Of a stretch of DNA of 64,000 bases, positions 1-8,749 are shown piece after piece. The DNA is from Polyangia bacterium. GTDB lineage: Bacteria; Myxococcota_A; Polyangia; Fen-1088. The stretch lies in contig DATATI010000050.1 in NCBI GenBank assembly GCA_036268875.1, forward strand, positions 5,770 through 69,769, in the 5' to 3' direction. A model generated the notes under the pieces. It was given only the letters and a program-made list of their open reading frames with translations. It had not been told where the DNA came from and did not search any database. Each line of letters starts with the position of its first letter. Position 1 is the first letter of the stretch. Both the position numbers and the translations under genes were made by a program.

Positions 1-2234
1 GTGCGATCGGACTCGCTGGGAACGGTGGCCGCAGCATCGCCGCCGGTGAGGGTCACGAAATGCGCCTCGCGCATCGAGCGCGAGAGTGTGTATGACAGCC
101 AACCGGTCAGGCGCTTCGACAACGGGCGGCGCACCAGCACCTCTAGTCCGTAGGCGTGACCAGTCACGGGCCGCTCGTCCGGACATGTATAAGGAACAGC
201 CGGGGGCAACGCATTGCGGTCCGGGGGCGGCGTGGTGGGCGGCATGATCTGAACGCAATTCGCGGTCAGGTCGGTGAGACCCGACCACAGCGAGAGAAAG
301 CCGGTCGCTATGAAGACCAGATCCGCCGGCAGCATGACCTCTACCCCTTGGCTTGCTTGCACGGCTCTTTGGAGTTTGGTTTCGCCGAACGGGAACCCAG
401 GCACGGACAGGAGCAAGCCAGGAAGCGGGCCGACCCGCAGCGACGGGTACTGGTGCGAGATGCCCACCGTCGAGAGCAAGGCGACCGCTGGTGTGACGCT
501 GACGCGCGCCGAGAGGCGCGGATCGAAGGCAGGGACGGTCGTCCCACGCTGATCACCCGCAGGTGCGCTCGGTCGCGTGGACTGGAAGAAATCGACGCGA
601 GCGCCGGGGACGATTTCAACCCGAGGGGCGACACGCCACACGACATCGACGTGAGCCCCGCCGGTGAAGTTGGTGGGAGGCGGATCGGCGCTGGAAGGGA
701 CTGGTGGTTGGATGACACCGCTCTCGTCCGGCATCCCCGCGCCCTGTTCGAAGCTGTACCGGTCGAATCGTGCATCGGCGCCGCCACGAATTCGGAACCA
801 GGCGGAGACCTTCTTGTCGATCTCCAGGCGCACGGCGGTCGACAGATCCGTGATGGTCGCGGGGGGCGCGCCGTCGCTCTCCCCCCCTCCGCCCTGCGCA
901 TCGTAGCCGAGAGTCACAGCGGCACGCAGGTGGCCCCCTTCGAGCGCACGGTCGTAGCGCAGATCGATCCGATGAAAGTCGGACCCCAGCTGCTCGATCA
1001 CCTTGTTGGACTGGGCGGTCCGGGAAGGCGCGCCCGATTGGGCACCTCCACCGTTCGTCTGGGGAACCGTGCCGAGATAGTCATGACTGCCGAACGCGAA
1101 GACACCGAGAGAGTCGCTGCCGGTGAAGCGCCAGATTGCGCGAGCCTGATAGTCCCAGTAGCTAAGCTTCACGCTCTGCGTGATCAAGCCGAGGATCGCG
1201 CCTGGGTAACCGTATCGTCCGGCGACGAGAACGCTGCCTCGCCCGTCGTCGAGCGGCGTCTCGACGAGCGCGCCCGCGTCGAAGAGACGGAGGTTCGCTT
1301 CGCCGTGGGGCTTGGACGCAGGATCTCGCGTCTCACCCGCGACGATCGCGCCCGCGTAGCCGCCGTACGCCGCGGGCGGAGCACCGGGATACAGATCGAC
1401 GCGATCCACGAGCGCGGGATGGATGACGCCCTCTCCGATCCCGACGTGAAAGAGGAACGGAACGCGAACGCCGTCGATGAAGTACCCGGTGTCGTTCGGC
1501 GGGGCGCCTCGGATGTAGAAGTAGGGAAGTCCGCTCACGAGCGGTATGACTCCCGGCAGAGCCTCGATCGCGCGGAACGGATCGCCAAACGCGCCGGGCA
1601 TCTCGCGAACGTCGGCGGCGGAGAGTGTGGTCTGTCCGATCTCGTGCCGCGTGCCACGGACCGTCACGTCGAGCGGCGTCTCGGGGACCGCTGCCGTTTG
1701 CGCCAGGGCCTTCGGCGTCGCAAGTTGGGACGCGACCGGCGTAGACGGCGGACCTGCGGGGGACGGCGACCTCGATGGAGCGGCGGCGCTGGGCTCAGGT
1801 GTCCCGGGCGCTGCATCCGGCATTGGCGGAGGCGCACCGTCAGGCGCCGACGCGTCCGATGCTTTGTCCTGGTGGAACTCGACGCGCGCGCGAATCCGCG
1901 CGGCCACCGGACTGTCGCCGCGGCGAGCAGGGGCGAATCGCCAGGTCAGCACGGCGCCGCGAGCCTGCTCGGCGAAGGGTTCGGCGCCTTCCAGCACCTG
2001 GGCGCCCGAGACCGTTCCATCCTTCTCGACCACCAGTTCGATGAGCACCACAGCGTCGCCGCTCGCGTTGGACGGATACGGAACGTCCGTGCTGCCTGTC
2101 GGGGCCGGCGGAATCAGCGGTGGCGCGACCTGGGCGATCGCTGTCGATGACGCCATGAGGATGGCGAACCAGATCGCCGTCGCAAATGGAGCAAGGGTTC
2201 CCCGCCCAGTTCGCCGATAGGTCGTTGCGGGCAT
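1..2234 (-). CDS. TonB-dependent receptor with N-terminal TonB_C-like domain (myxobacterial type); 3' end runs off the left edge
   Basis: Absent from the ORF track because it has no stop in the window. Translated by hand: ATG at 2234 (MPATTYRRTGRGTLAPFATAIWFAILMASSTAIAQ), TonB_C-like segment, plug motif (PGAFGDPFRAIEALPGV...YFYIRGAPP...GYFIDGVRVPLLFH), barrel motif GHAYGLEVLVRRPLSKRLTGWLSYTLSRS, still open at base 1. Confidence 0.88.
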   Translation of the reverse strand, partial: MPATTYRRTGRGTLAPFATAIWFAILMASSTAIAQVAPPLIPPAPTGSTDVPYPSNASGDAVVLIELVVEKDGTVSGAQVLEGAEPFAEQARGAVLTWRFAPARRGDSPVAARIRARVEFHQDKASDASAPDGAPPPMPDAAPGTPEPSAAAPSRSPSPAGPPSTPVASQLATPKALAQTAAVPETPLDVTVRGTRHEIGQTTLSAADVREMPGAFGDPFRAIEALPGVIPLVSGLPYFYIRGAPPNDTGYFIDGVRVPFLFHVGIGEGVIHPALVDRVDLYPGAPPAAYGGYAGAIVAGETRDPASKPHGEANLRLFDAGALVETPLDDGRGSVLVAGRYGYPGAILGLITQSVKLSYWDYQARAIWRFTGSDSLGVFAFGSHDYLGTVPQTNGGGAQSGAPSRTAQSNKVIEQLGSDFHRIDLRYDRALEGGHLRAAVTLGYDAQGGGGESDGAPPATITDLSTAVRLEIDKKVSAWFRIRGGADARFDRYSFEQGAGMPDESGVIQPPVPSSADPPPTNFTGGAHVDVVWRVAPRVEIVPGARVDFFQSTRPSAPAGDQRGTTVPAFDPRLSARVSVTPAVALLSTVGISHQYPSLRVGPLPGLLLSVPGFPFGETKLQRAVQASQGVEVMLPADLVFIATGFLSLWSGLTDLTANCVQIMPPTTPPPDRNALPPAVPYTCPDERPVTGHAYGLEVLVRRPLSKRLTGWLSYTLSRSMREAHFVTLTGGDAAATVPSESDR

Positions 2235-2276
2235 ATCGCGTCTTATTCACGCGGCGACCTCGATTCCTTCATTGAA

Positions 2277-2372
2277 GGGGACCACGTCAGCATTTGCAGT
2301 TCTTGATCTCGTCACAGCAGTTGTCCGGGACTCGTTCCACACCTAAGAACGCAATCTGCTGACAAGTCCCCG
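2277..2372. repeat. Imperfect inverted repeat (about 28-bp arms) upstream of the TBDR
   Basis: GGGGACCACGTCAGCATTTGCAGTTCTTG pairs with TAAGAACGCAATCTGCTGACAAGTCCCC, with bulges. Confidence 0.6.
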
Positions 2373-2569
2373 TTCTCGAACGGCGAAACATTAGGGAGAC
2401 GTGTTTTGTGCCCAGAATGGCTGCGCGCGGCACGCAGGCGGCAACCGGCTCAACTTTTTTTCGTCACGGCGCGCCCGCTGAAACGTTCTGGGCAGGTTGG
2501 TGCAGGAAAGATTTTGAAAGGTTCCTGGCCAGTCAGCCACCCAGAAACGGAATGGCCGCCTTCCATGAC

Positions 2570-2792
2570 ATGCGTCAGCAGAGAGCAACGACCGACCAAG
2601 CTTGGCTGGAGGCCTTCCATTCGGGCGACCGCGCCTGCATGGCGGCGCTCTATGAAGAGCAATTCGACGTCATCGATCGGCTGGTGGGCGGGATTCTGTC
2701 GGGTGGCGTTCACCGCTTCGGGGTTCAACCTGCGCGAGCTCATCGCCGCCGTCCTGATCTCCGAGGCCTTCTTGTCTCCGTCGGCCCGGTAG
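2570..2792 (+). pseudogene. Chimeric remnant: ECF sigma-like N-terminus joined out of frame to a DUF1585/PSD-like C-terminal tail
   Basis: Frame 1: MRQQRATTDQAWLEAFHSGDRACMAALYEEQFDVIDRLVGGILSG (sigma region 1.2/2-like). From about 2703 another frame reads VAFTASGFNLRELIAAVLISEAFLSPSAR*. Confidence 0.45.
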
Positions 2793-2875
2793 ACGCCGCC
2801 GGCGTCGATTTCTTCGTCCTGCCGGGGAGCCTGGATCGTTCTGGGACCGCCCTACCCCACAACGAGGAGAAATCG

Positions 2876-3113
2876 ATGTCAAAGATGCGATCGACGCTCA
2901 TGTTGCTGATCCTTGGTACGACCCTGGCCCTGCCTCACTGACTTCCCGCCGCCCATCTCCGTGCAACAGACGACCGCCGACGATCCCTGCCCGGACGCCG
3001 GCTCGGCATGCGGGAACACCTACCCGATCGTCTGGTGCAAGGCGGATGGCACGGCCACGATCGTGACGTGCGAAAAGGGTGCCTGGGTGATCAAAGCCAA
3101 GAAGTGCCCGTAA
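2876..3113 (+). pseudogene. Small Cys-rich lipoprotein, frameshifted at the lipobox (or sequencing indel)
   Basis: RBS GAGGAG, then ATG 2876 signal peptide MSKMRSTLMLLILGTTLA. The frame breaks at CTGGCCCTGC and the other frame continues CLTDFPPP...CPDAGSACGNTYPIVWCKADG...CEKGAWVIKAKKCP*. Confidence 0.55.
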
Positions 3114-3216
3114 CCAACATTGTCTCCGCGGGAGAGGTTCACCAACCCTTCCCCGCGGACCCAACGCCGCCCCACACGAAGATCGTCCATTCAAGCGCTC
3201 CCTCTCGTCACTGTTC

Positions 3217-3240
3217 ATTCTGGGCTCATGTGCCCAGAAT
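3217..3240. repeat. Perfect 9-6-9 palindrome ATTCTGGGC-TCATGT-GCCCAGAAT
   Basis: Seen directly, 25 bp beyond the last gene of the RM island. The 12-mer TGTGCCCAGAAT also occurs at 2407-2418. Confidence 0.8.
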
Positions 3241-3265
3241 CTGACGTTCGCTGGCGTCTTTGGCG

Positions 3266-3982
3266 TCAGCACCGCCAGTCTTCGTGGCGGACGGGCAATC
3301 GGTTCAGCTGCCGTCGGTGGTGCTGCCAGTGCGGCATCGCGCGGTCCATCATCGCGACGAAGCGCGCGTTGTGGGTTGGCTCGATCAGGTGGGCCAACTC
3401 GTGGACCACGATGTACTCCAGGCATTCAGGGGGCTTCTTGGCGAGATCGCTGTTCAGGCTGATGTTGCCCGCGGCGGCGTTGCAGCTGCCCCATTTGGTG
3501 CGCATGCGCCTAGCGAGAAAGCGCGCCGCCTTGACGCCCAGGCGAGACTCCCACTTGGCCAGCAAGGATGGCACCGCCTGCTTGACCTGCTGGCGATACC
3601 AGTCGTCCATCAGAACCTGCCGCTTGGCGATCGCCGTGTCCGGGCGAACACGAAGGACGAGACGGCTGTGTTTGACCGCGATCGCGGGGGACTGCGGGCG
3701 CTCCTCGACGGTCAGCAGGTAACGCTTGCCCCACAGATAGTGGCTTTCGCCGCTGACGTAGGCGCGCGCGGTCTCGCGCTCCTGGGCCTGAAACGCTTTT
3801 CGCTGTTGCTTGATCCAGCCAAGCTTGGAGATCGCCAGCACGCGGATCGCCGCCTCGCTCATGCGCGTGGGCGCGGCGATGCGCACGCCCCCCGCGGGCG
3901 GGTAGACGCCCAGGTGGACGTTCTTGATGTTCTTGCGCACGACGCGCACGGCGATGTCGCCGAGTTGCAGGTGCGAGACCAT
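3266..3982 (-). CDS. M48 family metallopeptidase (YgjP/DUF45-like), RM-associated
   Basis: KWGSC and VVHELAHL (HExxH) motifs; TGATG overlap with hsdR. Confidence 0.92.
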   Translation of the reverse strand: MVSHLQLGDIAVRVVRKNIKNVHLGVYPPAGGVRIAAPTRMSEAAIRVLAISKLGWIKQQRKAFQAQERETARAYVSGESHYLWGKRYLLTVEERPQSPAIAVKHSRLVLRVRPDTAIAKRQVLMDDWYRQQVKQAVPSLLAKWESRLGVKAARFLARRMRTKWGSCNAAAGNISLNSDLAKKPPECLEYIVVHELAHLIEPTHNARFVAMMDRAMPHWQHHRRQLNRLPVRHEDWRC

Positions 3983-6900
3983 CAGTACTCCGACTGCGCC
4001 TTGATGATGGGGAACAAGCGTTCGACCTCGGTCTCGTCCTGAAGGACGTTGTAGAGGGCGCGTTTGATCTCCTGTTCCCGCGCCTGCACGCCGCGCCAGC
4101 CGTCGGGGCGGGCGTGCTTGACGGCCTCGTCGATCTCCAGGGCCAGCTTCAGAGCCAGGCTATCGGGCGCCGTCGAGCCGGACCACGTGGCCGACTCGTC
4201 GTCGGTTATCCTTGGCCTGCCAGCCCTGCCCTTCAGGTTGTTGTACAGCGCGCGCCGGCCCGGCGTATCCAGCGCCGCGGGTGTGTCGGCGGCCTGACCG
4301 GCGTCGACTCTCTTCACCAGGTCGGCGATGCGCATCAGATATTCCTCGTACTCGATGGCGCGGGCCTTCCGGGTGGCGATGATCTCGTCCAGCAGCGCGG
4401 ACATCTTGTCGTAGAAGGCCGGATCGTTCAGGTGCTCTTTCAAGATCATCTTGCGGACGTTGTTCTCGATGGTCTCGGCGACGGCGTTCTTGTTGCCCTT
4501 GAGGTCGCCAAGGCGCGTGTCGATGGCGTTGGCCATCCCGGTCTTCACGATCAGCTCCAGCAGGCCCATGCCGTCGAACGGAGACACCTTGCGCGGCTCG
4601 TCGGCCCGGATGTACGTGTCGATGAGGTGCCGCATGTCGGCCTCGTACGCCTTCAGATCCAGGCTTTCACCGCTGGCCTTGCGGACGATCTCTCGGATGT
4701 TCAGGTATCGCTGCAGGTCGCCCTTGATGCGGGCGACGTCGCCGACGCTGTACCCGGCCGGCTCCAGCTCGTCGGCCAGGTTGGCGTAGGCGCGCACCAG
4801 CGCCACGGTCGCCTTGTACAGCGCGGCTCGCTGCGGCTCGCGTTCTTGAAGGTCCGACGGGATCTCGGTGTTGCCGCAGAAGTAATGGATGTGCTCCAGC
4901 TCGCCGCGCGGCGGCTCGACGGGCTCGCACAACAGGGCCAGCGCTTCGATGGCGCCGTCCAGGCGCTCGCGCCCCTTGGCCAGGCGATCCTGCATCAAAA
5001 CCTCGGGCGCGGCGCCGCCGGCGGAGTGATCCAGCTCGGAGGTGTAGACCTGCAGGGCGCCCGTGCCCTTGTCGTTGACCAGGTTCTTGAACAGATCCTT
5101 GTAGTCGACGATGTAGCCGAACTCTTTGTCGTCGCCGTCCAGGCGGTTGGTGCGGCAGATGGCCTGGAACAGGCCATGGTCGCGCATCGACTTGTCGATG
5201 TACAGGTAGGTGCAGTGGGGCGCGTCGAACCCGGTCAGCAGCTTGTCGACCACCACCAGCAGCTTCATGTTCGCCGGCTCTCTGGTGAAAAGCTGCTTGG
5301 CGTTTTCTTCGTACGTCTCGGTCCGCGACAGGGCGGGCCTCGGCTCGATGTCTTTCAGCAGCTCGGTATAGACGCTGAAGACGGTCTGCTTGTCGGACTC
5401 GGTGTTGGCGCCCACCTCTTCCTTGGTCATGTCCTGCGCCTGCGGGTCGTATGACGTGACGACGGCGCAGCGGCCGCGAAACGGGGTCTTCTCAAACAGG
5501 GTGAAGTACTTGCATGCCTCGTAAATGCTGGAGGCCACCAGGATGGCGTTGCCGCGCTCGCTGCTCAGGCGCGGCTTGACGCTGAAGTCGAAGACGATGT
5601 CGGCCACCACGCGCTCCATGCGCGCGCGCGAGCTGAGCACGTGCTGCATGGTGCCCCACTTCTTCTTCAGCTCGTCCTTTTGCCAGTCGTTCAGGCCGCG
5701 GGTCTTGGCTTCGAACCAGGCGTCGATCTTTTCCTTGGAACCCAGCACTTGATCGATGTCGCGCGCCTCGTAGACAAGGTCCAGGACCACCTCGTCCTGC
5801 ACGGCCTCGCTGAATTTGTAGGTGTGAATGTAGCCGCCGAAGAGCTCAAGGCTGGTTTTTTTGTCCTCCTTCAACAGCGGCGTGCCGGTGAAGCCGATGA
5901 AGGTGGCGTTCGGCATCATGGCCTTCATCAGCTGGTGCAGCTTGCCGCTCTGGGTGCGGTGGCATTCGTCGACGAAGACGAACACGTCGCCCACCGTCGG
6001 GCTGGGCCTGGCCTGCAGGTCCTTGATGAAGGCGTTGACGTCCTTGACGTCGCGGCGCCCGAACTTGTGTACCAGCGAGCACAGCAGGCGCGGCGCTGGT
6101 TTCGACAGCTGGGTCATCAGGTCGCGCCCGCTGCTGGTGCGGTAGATGGTCTCGCCCACGTCGCCAAAGACGCGCTCGATCTGCTTGTCCAGCTCGTCGC
6201 GGTCCGTGAGGATGACCACCCGGGCGTGCGGGTTGTTCTCCAGAATCCAGCGGGCCAGCAGCACCATGACGATGCTCTTGCCGCTGCCCTGGGTGTGCCA
6301 GATGATGCCGCCCTGGCGCTGGCGGATTCTCGCCTGCGCGGCCTTGATGCCGAAGTACTGGTGCACGCGCGGCAGCTTCTTGACGCCGCCGTCGAACAGG
6401 ACGAAGTCGTGCACCAGCTCCAGCAGGCGATCCTTGGCGCACAGCTTGGTCAGGTACTTGTCCAGCTTGAAGCCGCGATCGTCGTGCTCGTCTTCCTTCC
6501 ACTTCAGGAAGTACTTCTCCGCCGTGCCGATGGCGCCGTACTGCAGGCCCTGAGAATCACTGCCGGCCAGCACCAGGGCCACGGTGGCGAAGAAGGCGGC
6601 GTTGAATTCAGGTTGCTGGTTGGAGAGCAGCTGCCGGATGCCGTCGCCGATGCTGGTGCGGCTGTTCTTCAGTTCCAGCACGCCCAGGGCGATGCCGTTG
6701 ACGTACAGGACCAGATCGGGCCGGCGCTCGCGGGGGCCGTTCAGGGTCACCTCCTCAGCGACGGCGAAGTCGTTCTTCTCAGGATGGCGCCAGTCGATCA
6801 GGTGGACGGTGTCGGTGGCCTTGCCGGCGGCGGTCTTCACCGCCACGCCATAGCGGAGCAGCTCATGCACCGCCTTGTTGTTGCCGTACAGGGCGCGGCT

Positions 6901-7116
6901 GTGGTTGTTCGCCTCGGTGCGCAGCTTGTGCAGGGCGCCGCTGATCTGCGCCGGCCCGTTGCCCTGGGCGGCCAGCCAGGCGGTCAGCGTGGCCTCCTCG
7001 ATGTTGCTGTTGCCGGCACGCTCGCTCCAGTCGCCCAGGTACCGATAGCCAAGCTCGTCGCAGAACAGATCGATGACGCGGCTCTGGGTGGCGCGTTCCG
7101 GAAGCCCGACGGTCAT
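3982..7116 (-). CDS. hsdR: Type I restriction endonuclease subunit R
   Basis: HSDR_N nuclease motif (RRPDLVLYVNGIALGVLELK), Walker A HTQGSGKS, DECHR, LLTGFDAP, QAICRTNR. Confidence 0.97.
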   Translation of the reverse strand: MTVGLPERATQSRVIDLFCDELGYRYLGDWSERAGNSNIEEATLTAWLAAQGNGPAQISGALHKLRTEANNHSRALYGNNKAVHELLRYGVAVKTAAGKATDTVHLIDWRHPEKNDFAVAEEVTLNGPRERRPDLVLYVNGIALGVLELKNSRTSIGDGIRQLLSNQQPEFNAAFFATVALVLAGSDSQGLQYGAIGTAEKYFLKWKEDEHDDRGFKLDKYLTKLCAKDRLLELVHDFVLFDGGVKKLPRVHQYFGIKAAQARIRQRQGGIIWHTQGSGKSIVMVLLARWILENNPHARVVILTDRDELDKQIERVFGDVGETIYRTSSGRDLMTQLSKPAPRLLCSLVHKFGRRDVKDVNAFIKDLQARPSPTVGDVFVFVDECHRTQSGKLHQLMKAMMPNATFIGFTGTPLLKEDKKTSLELFGGYIHTYKFSEAVQDEVVLDLVYEARDIDQVLGSKEKIDAWFEAKTRGLNDWQKDELKKKWGTMQHVLSSRARMERVVADIVFDFSVKPRLSSERGNAILVASSIYEACKYFTLFEKTPFRGRCAVVTSYDPQAQDMTKEEVGANTESDKQTVFSVYTELLKDIEPRPALSRTETYEENAKQLFTREPANMKLLVVVDKLLTGFDAPHCTYLYIDKSMRDHGLFQAICRTNRLDGDDKEFGYIVDYKDLFKNLVNDKGTGALQVYTSELDHSAGGAAPEVLMQDRLAKGRERLDGAIEALALLCEPVEPPRGELEHIHYFCGNTEIPSDLQEREPQRAALYKATVALVRAYANLADELEPAGYSVGDVARIKGDLQRYLNIREIVRKASGESLDLKAYEADMRHLIDTYIRADEPRKVSPFDGMGLLELIVKTGMANAIDTRLGDLKGNKNAVAETIENNVRKMILKEHLNDPAFYDKMSALLDEIIATRKARAIEYEEYLMRIADLVKRVDAGQAADTPAALDTPGRRALYNNLKGRAGRPRITDDESATWSGSTAPDSLALKLALEIDEAVKHARPDGWRGVQAREQEIKRALYNVLQDETEVERLFPIIKAQSEY

Positions 7117-7343
7117 CTTGTGATCCTCATCGAGTTCAGCAGAAGGACGCGATGCACTGGGTCGGCGACTGGGTCGGCGACTGGGTCGGTCACCGGCGTC
7201 TCTACCGGCGTTTCTACCGGCGTTTTGACTTGGACGGTGACTTGGCCGGTGACTTGGCCGGTCACCGACGCTTCTACCGGCGTTTCTGCCGGGAGGGCGA
7301 TGATCCGGTTCTGGGTGGCGCGCTCGGGAAGGCCGACGGTCAT
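7113..7343 (-). pseudogene. 76-codon chimeric ORF: diverged second hsdR start plus 12-bp-repeat linker remnant
   Basis: MTVGLPERATQNRIIAL versus hsdR MTVGLPERATQSRVIDL (42/51 nt identical), then ETPVEASVTGQVTGQV...TPVETPVETPVTDPVADPVADPVHRVLLL. ATGA overlaps at both ends. Confidence 0.75.
7158..7286. repeat. Mixed 12-bp tandem repeats encoding PVAD/TPVE/TGQV
   Basis: CTGGGTCGGCGA, ACCGGCGTTTCT and GTGACTTGGCCG units, each repeated 2-3 times. Confidence 0.8.
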
Positions 7344-8749
7344 TTCAACATCTCCCAACGGCCGGCCTTGCGTGGCCCGACGAAGCGCAGGCGCCCGTCC
7401 TTGACCAACTTGGCGACGGCGCGCTCCACGGCTCGGGTTGACTTGCCGATGGCCAGCGCCAGGTCGGCCATGGTCATGGCGGGCTGGCTGGCCAGCAAGT
7501 CCAGAACACGCGCGGGGGTTTTTACCGGCGTTTTTACCGGCGTTTCTACCGGCGTTTCTACCGGCGTTTCTTGGGTAGTTTCTGGGGTAGTCCGCCCGGT
7601 TTCTGGGGTAGTGCCCTTCGCGCCTCCCATGGCCGCAGCCAGGTGCCCGGGATTGGCGTGAAAGATCACCATCAGACCGGACATGCTGAGGTCGTAGACG
7701 GGCGGCTCGATCCCGTGCTCCCGGCACTCGCGCCTGATCTTCTCGATGCCACGCCCCCACGATTCAATGAACCCGGCCCGAAACAAGGCGTTGGCCACCA
7801 GAGGATTGAAGGGCTTTGACGGATGCTTCCCCATCAGCTTCTTCAGGGTCCAGTTGTGCGGCAACTCGCCGGGGTTCCAGAACATGATCTTGTCCTCGTA
7901 GACACTGATCTGGATCGGAATGCCGCTGCTGTAGTCTTTGTGAATGACGGCGTTCAGCAGCGCCTCGCGGAGACCGCCGTAGGGAAACAGGTAGCTCTCG
8001 ATTCGCTGCAGTCCCTCGTAGCTGATGTAGGCCTTCAAGTACTTGCGATCCAGAACCTTCAGCGTTTCCTCGACCTGCTCGAACAGGTTGCCGTGGATTT
8101 CGTCCTGGTGGCGAAGATCGTCGTCGGTCACGAAGAAACCAATCTTGATCCAAGCACCGCTCACACGGCTCTCGGGGCGGTCCGAGAACAGCAAGGCGGC
8201 TGCCCGCTTCAGATATGGTCCCTCCAACAATTCCAGGTTGTCGAGGACGGCCCGACGCCCGTCCCGGAGAACGCCTTCCGGCATGCGACCGCTCCGCGTC
8301 GCGCTCTGCGCGAACAGGCGAAGGGCATCCGCGCTGACATTCTTGAGATGCAGAGTGGGGTCAGGAACCGCGTCCCAGTGCCGGCCTTGCTTACGCAGCA
8401 GGAACTGGGCGAGGGCGGCGCCCTTCAGGGCCTGGGTGGTGCTGCCGCTGCGGACGTAGTACTCGCCGCGGTAGCTGATGGGGTTGGGGTAGGGCTCGAC
8501 GACAATCTCCAGGTACTCGCGCGTGGATTGTTCGCGCAGGTTCACGCCGACCATGATGCCCAGCAGGTCGCGGATCTTGTTAGGCAGATGCTCCAGCAGC
8601 TTATCGGCGTTCGGCAGCCCGACGACTTTCCCTTTGTTGTCGCGCCCGACGACCAGCGTGCCACCGTCCGCGTTGGCGAACCCGCAGATCGTCTTGCAGA
8701 ACTCGTCCCGCCAGGACTCCTTCCATTCGACCCGCTGGCTCTCTTTCAT
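7340..8749 (-). CDS. Schlafen/AlbA_2 domain + HATPase_c_4 (RecG-C-like) + C-terminal wHTH protein
   Basis: N-terminal ESQRVEWKESW...ICGFANADGGTLVVG (AlbA_2), YYVRSGST, LREALLNAVIHKDY and NPG...NPLVANALFRAGFIESWGRGI (HATPase_c_4), repeat linker, HTH ending GPRKAGRWE. Confidence 0.9.
   Translation of the reverse strand: MKESQRVEWKESWRDEFCKTICGFANADGGTLVVGRDNKGKVVGLPNADKLLEHLPNKIRDLLGIMVGVNLREQSTREYLEIVVEPYPNPISYRGEYYVRSGSTTQALKGAALAQFLLRKQGRHWDAVPDPTLHLKNVSADALRLFAQSATRSGRMPEGVLRDGRRAVLDNLELLEGPYLKRAAALLFSDRPESRVSGAWIKIGFFVTDDDLRHQDEIHGNLFEQVEETLKVLDRKYLKAYISYEGLQRIESYLFPYGGLREALLNAVIHKDYSSGIPIQISVYEDKIMFWNPGELPHNWTLKKLMGKHPSKPFNPLVANALFRAGFIESWGRGIEKIRRECREHGIEPPVYDLSMSGLMVIFHANPGHLAAAMGGAKGTTPETGRTTPETTQETPVETPVETPVKTPVKTPARVLDLLASQPAMTMADLALAIGKSTRAVERAVAKLVKDGRLRFVGPRKAGRWEMLK
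7517..7612. repeat. 12-bp tandem repeats in the AlbA_2 gene linker (TPVE/TPVK/TPET)
   Basis: TTTTTACCGGCG/TTTCTACCGGCG repeated 4-5 times; same unit as in the 76-codon ORF. Confidence 0.8.

Noticed and set aside
156-2150. 664-aa plus-strand ORF
   Set aside because: Antisense shadow of the minus-strand TBDR; Arg-rich with no motifs.
7158-7612. Short repeats as a possible CRISPR array
   Set aside because: Contiguous 12-bp in-frame coding repeats with no spacers and no cas genes; the same applies to 23556-23603.
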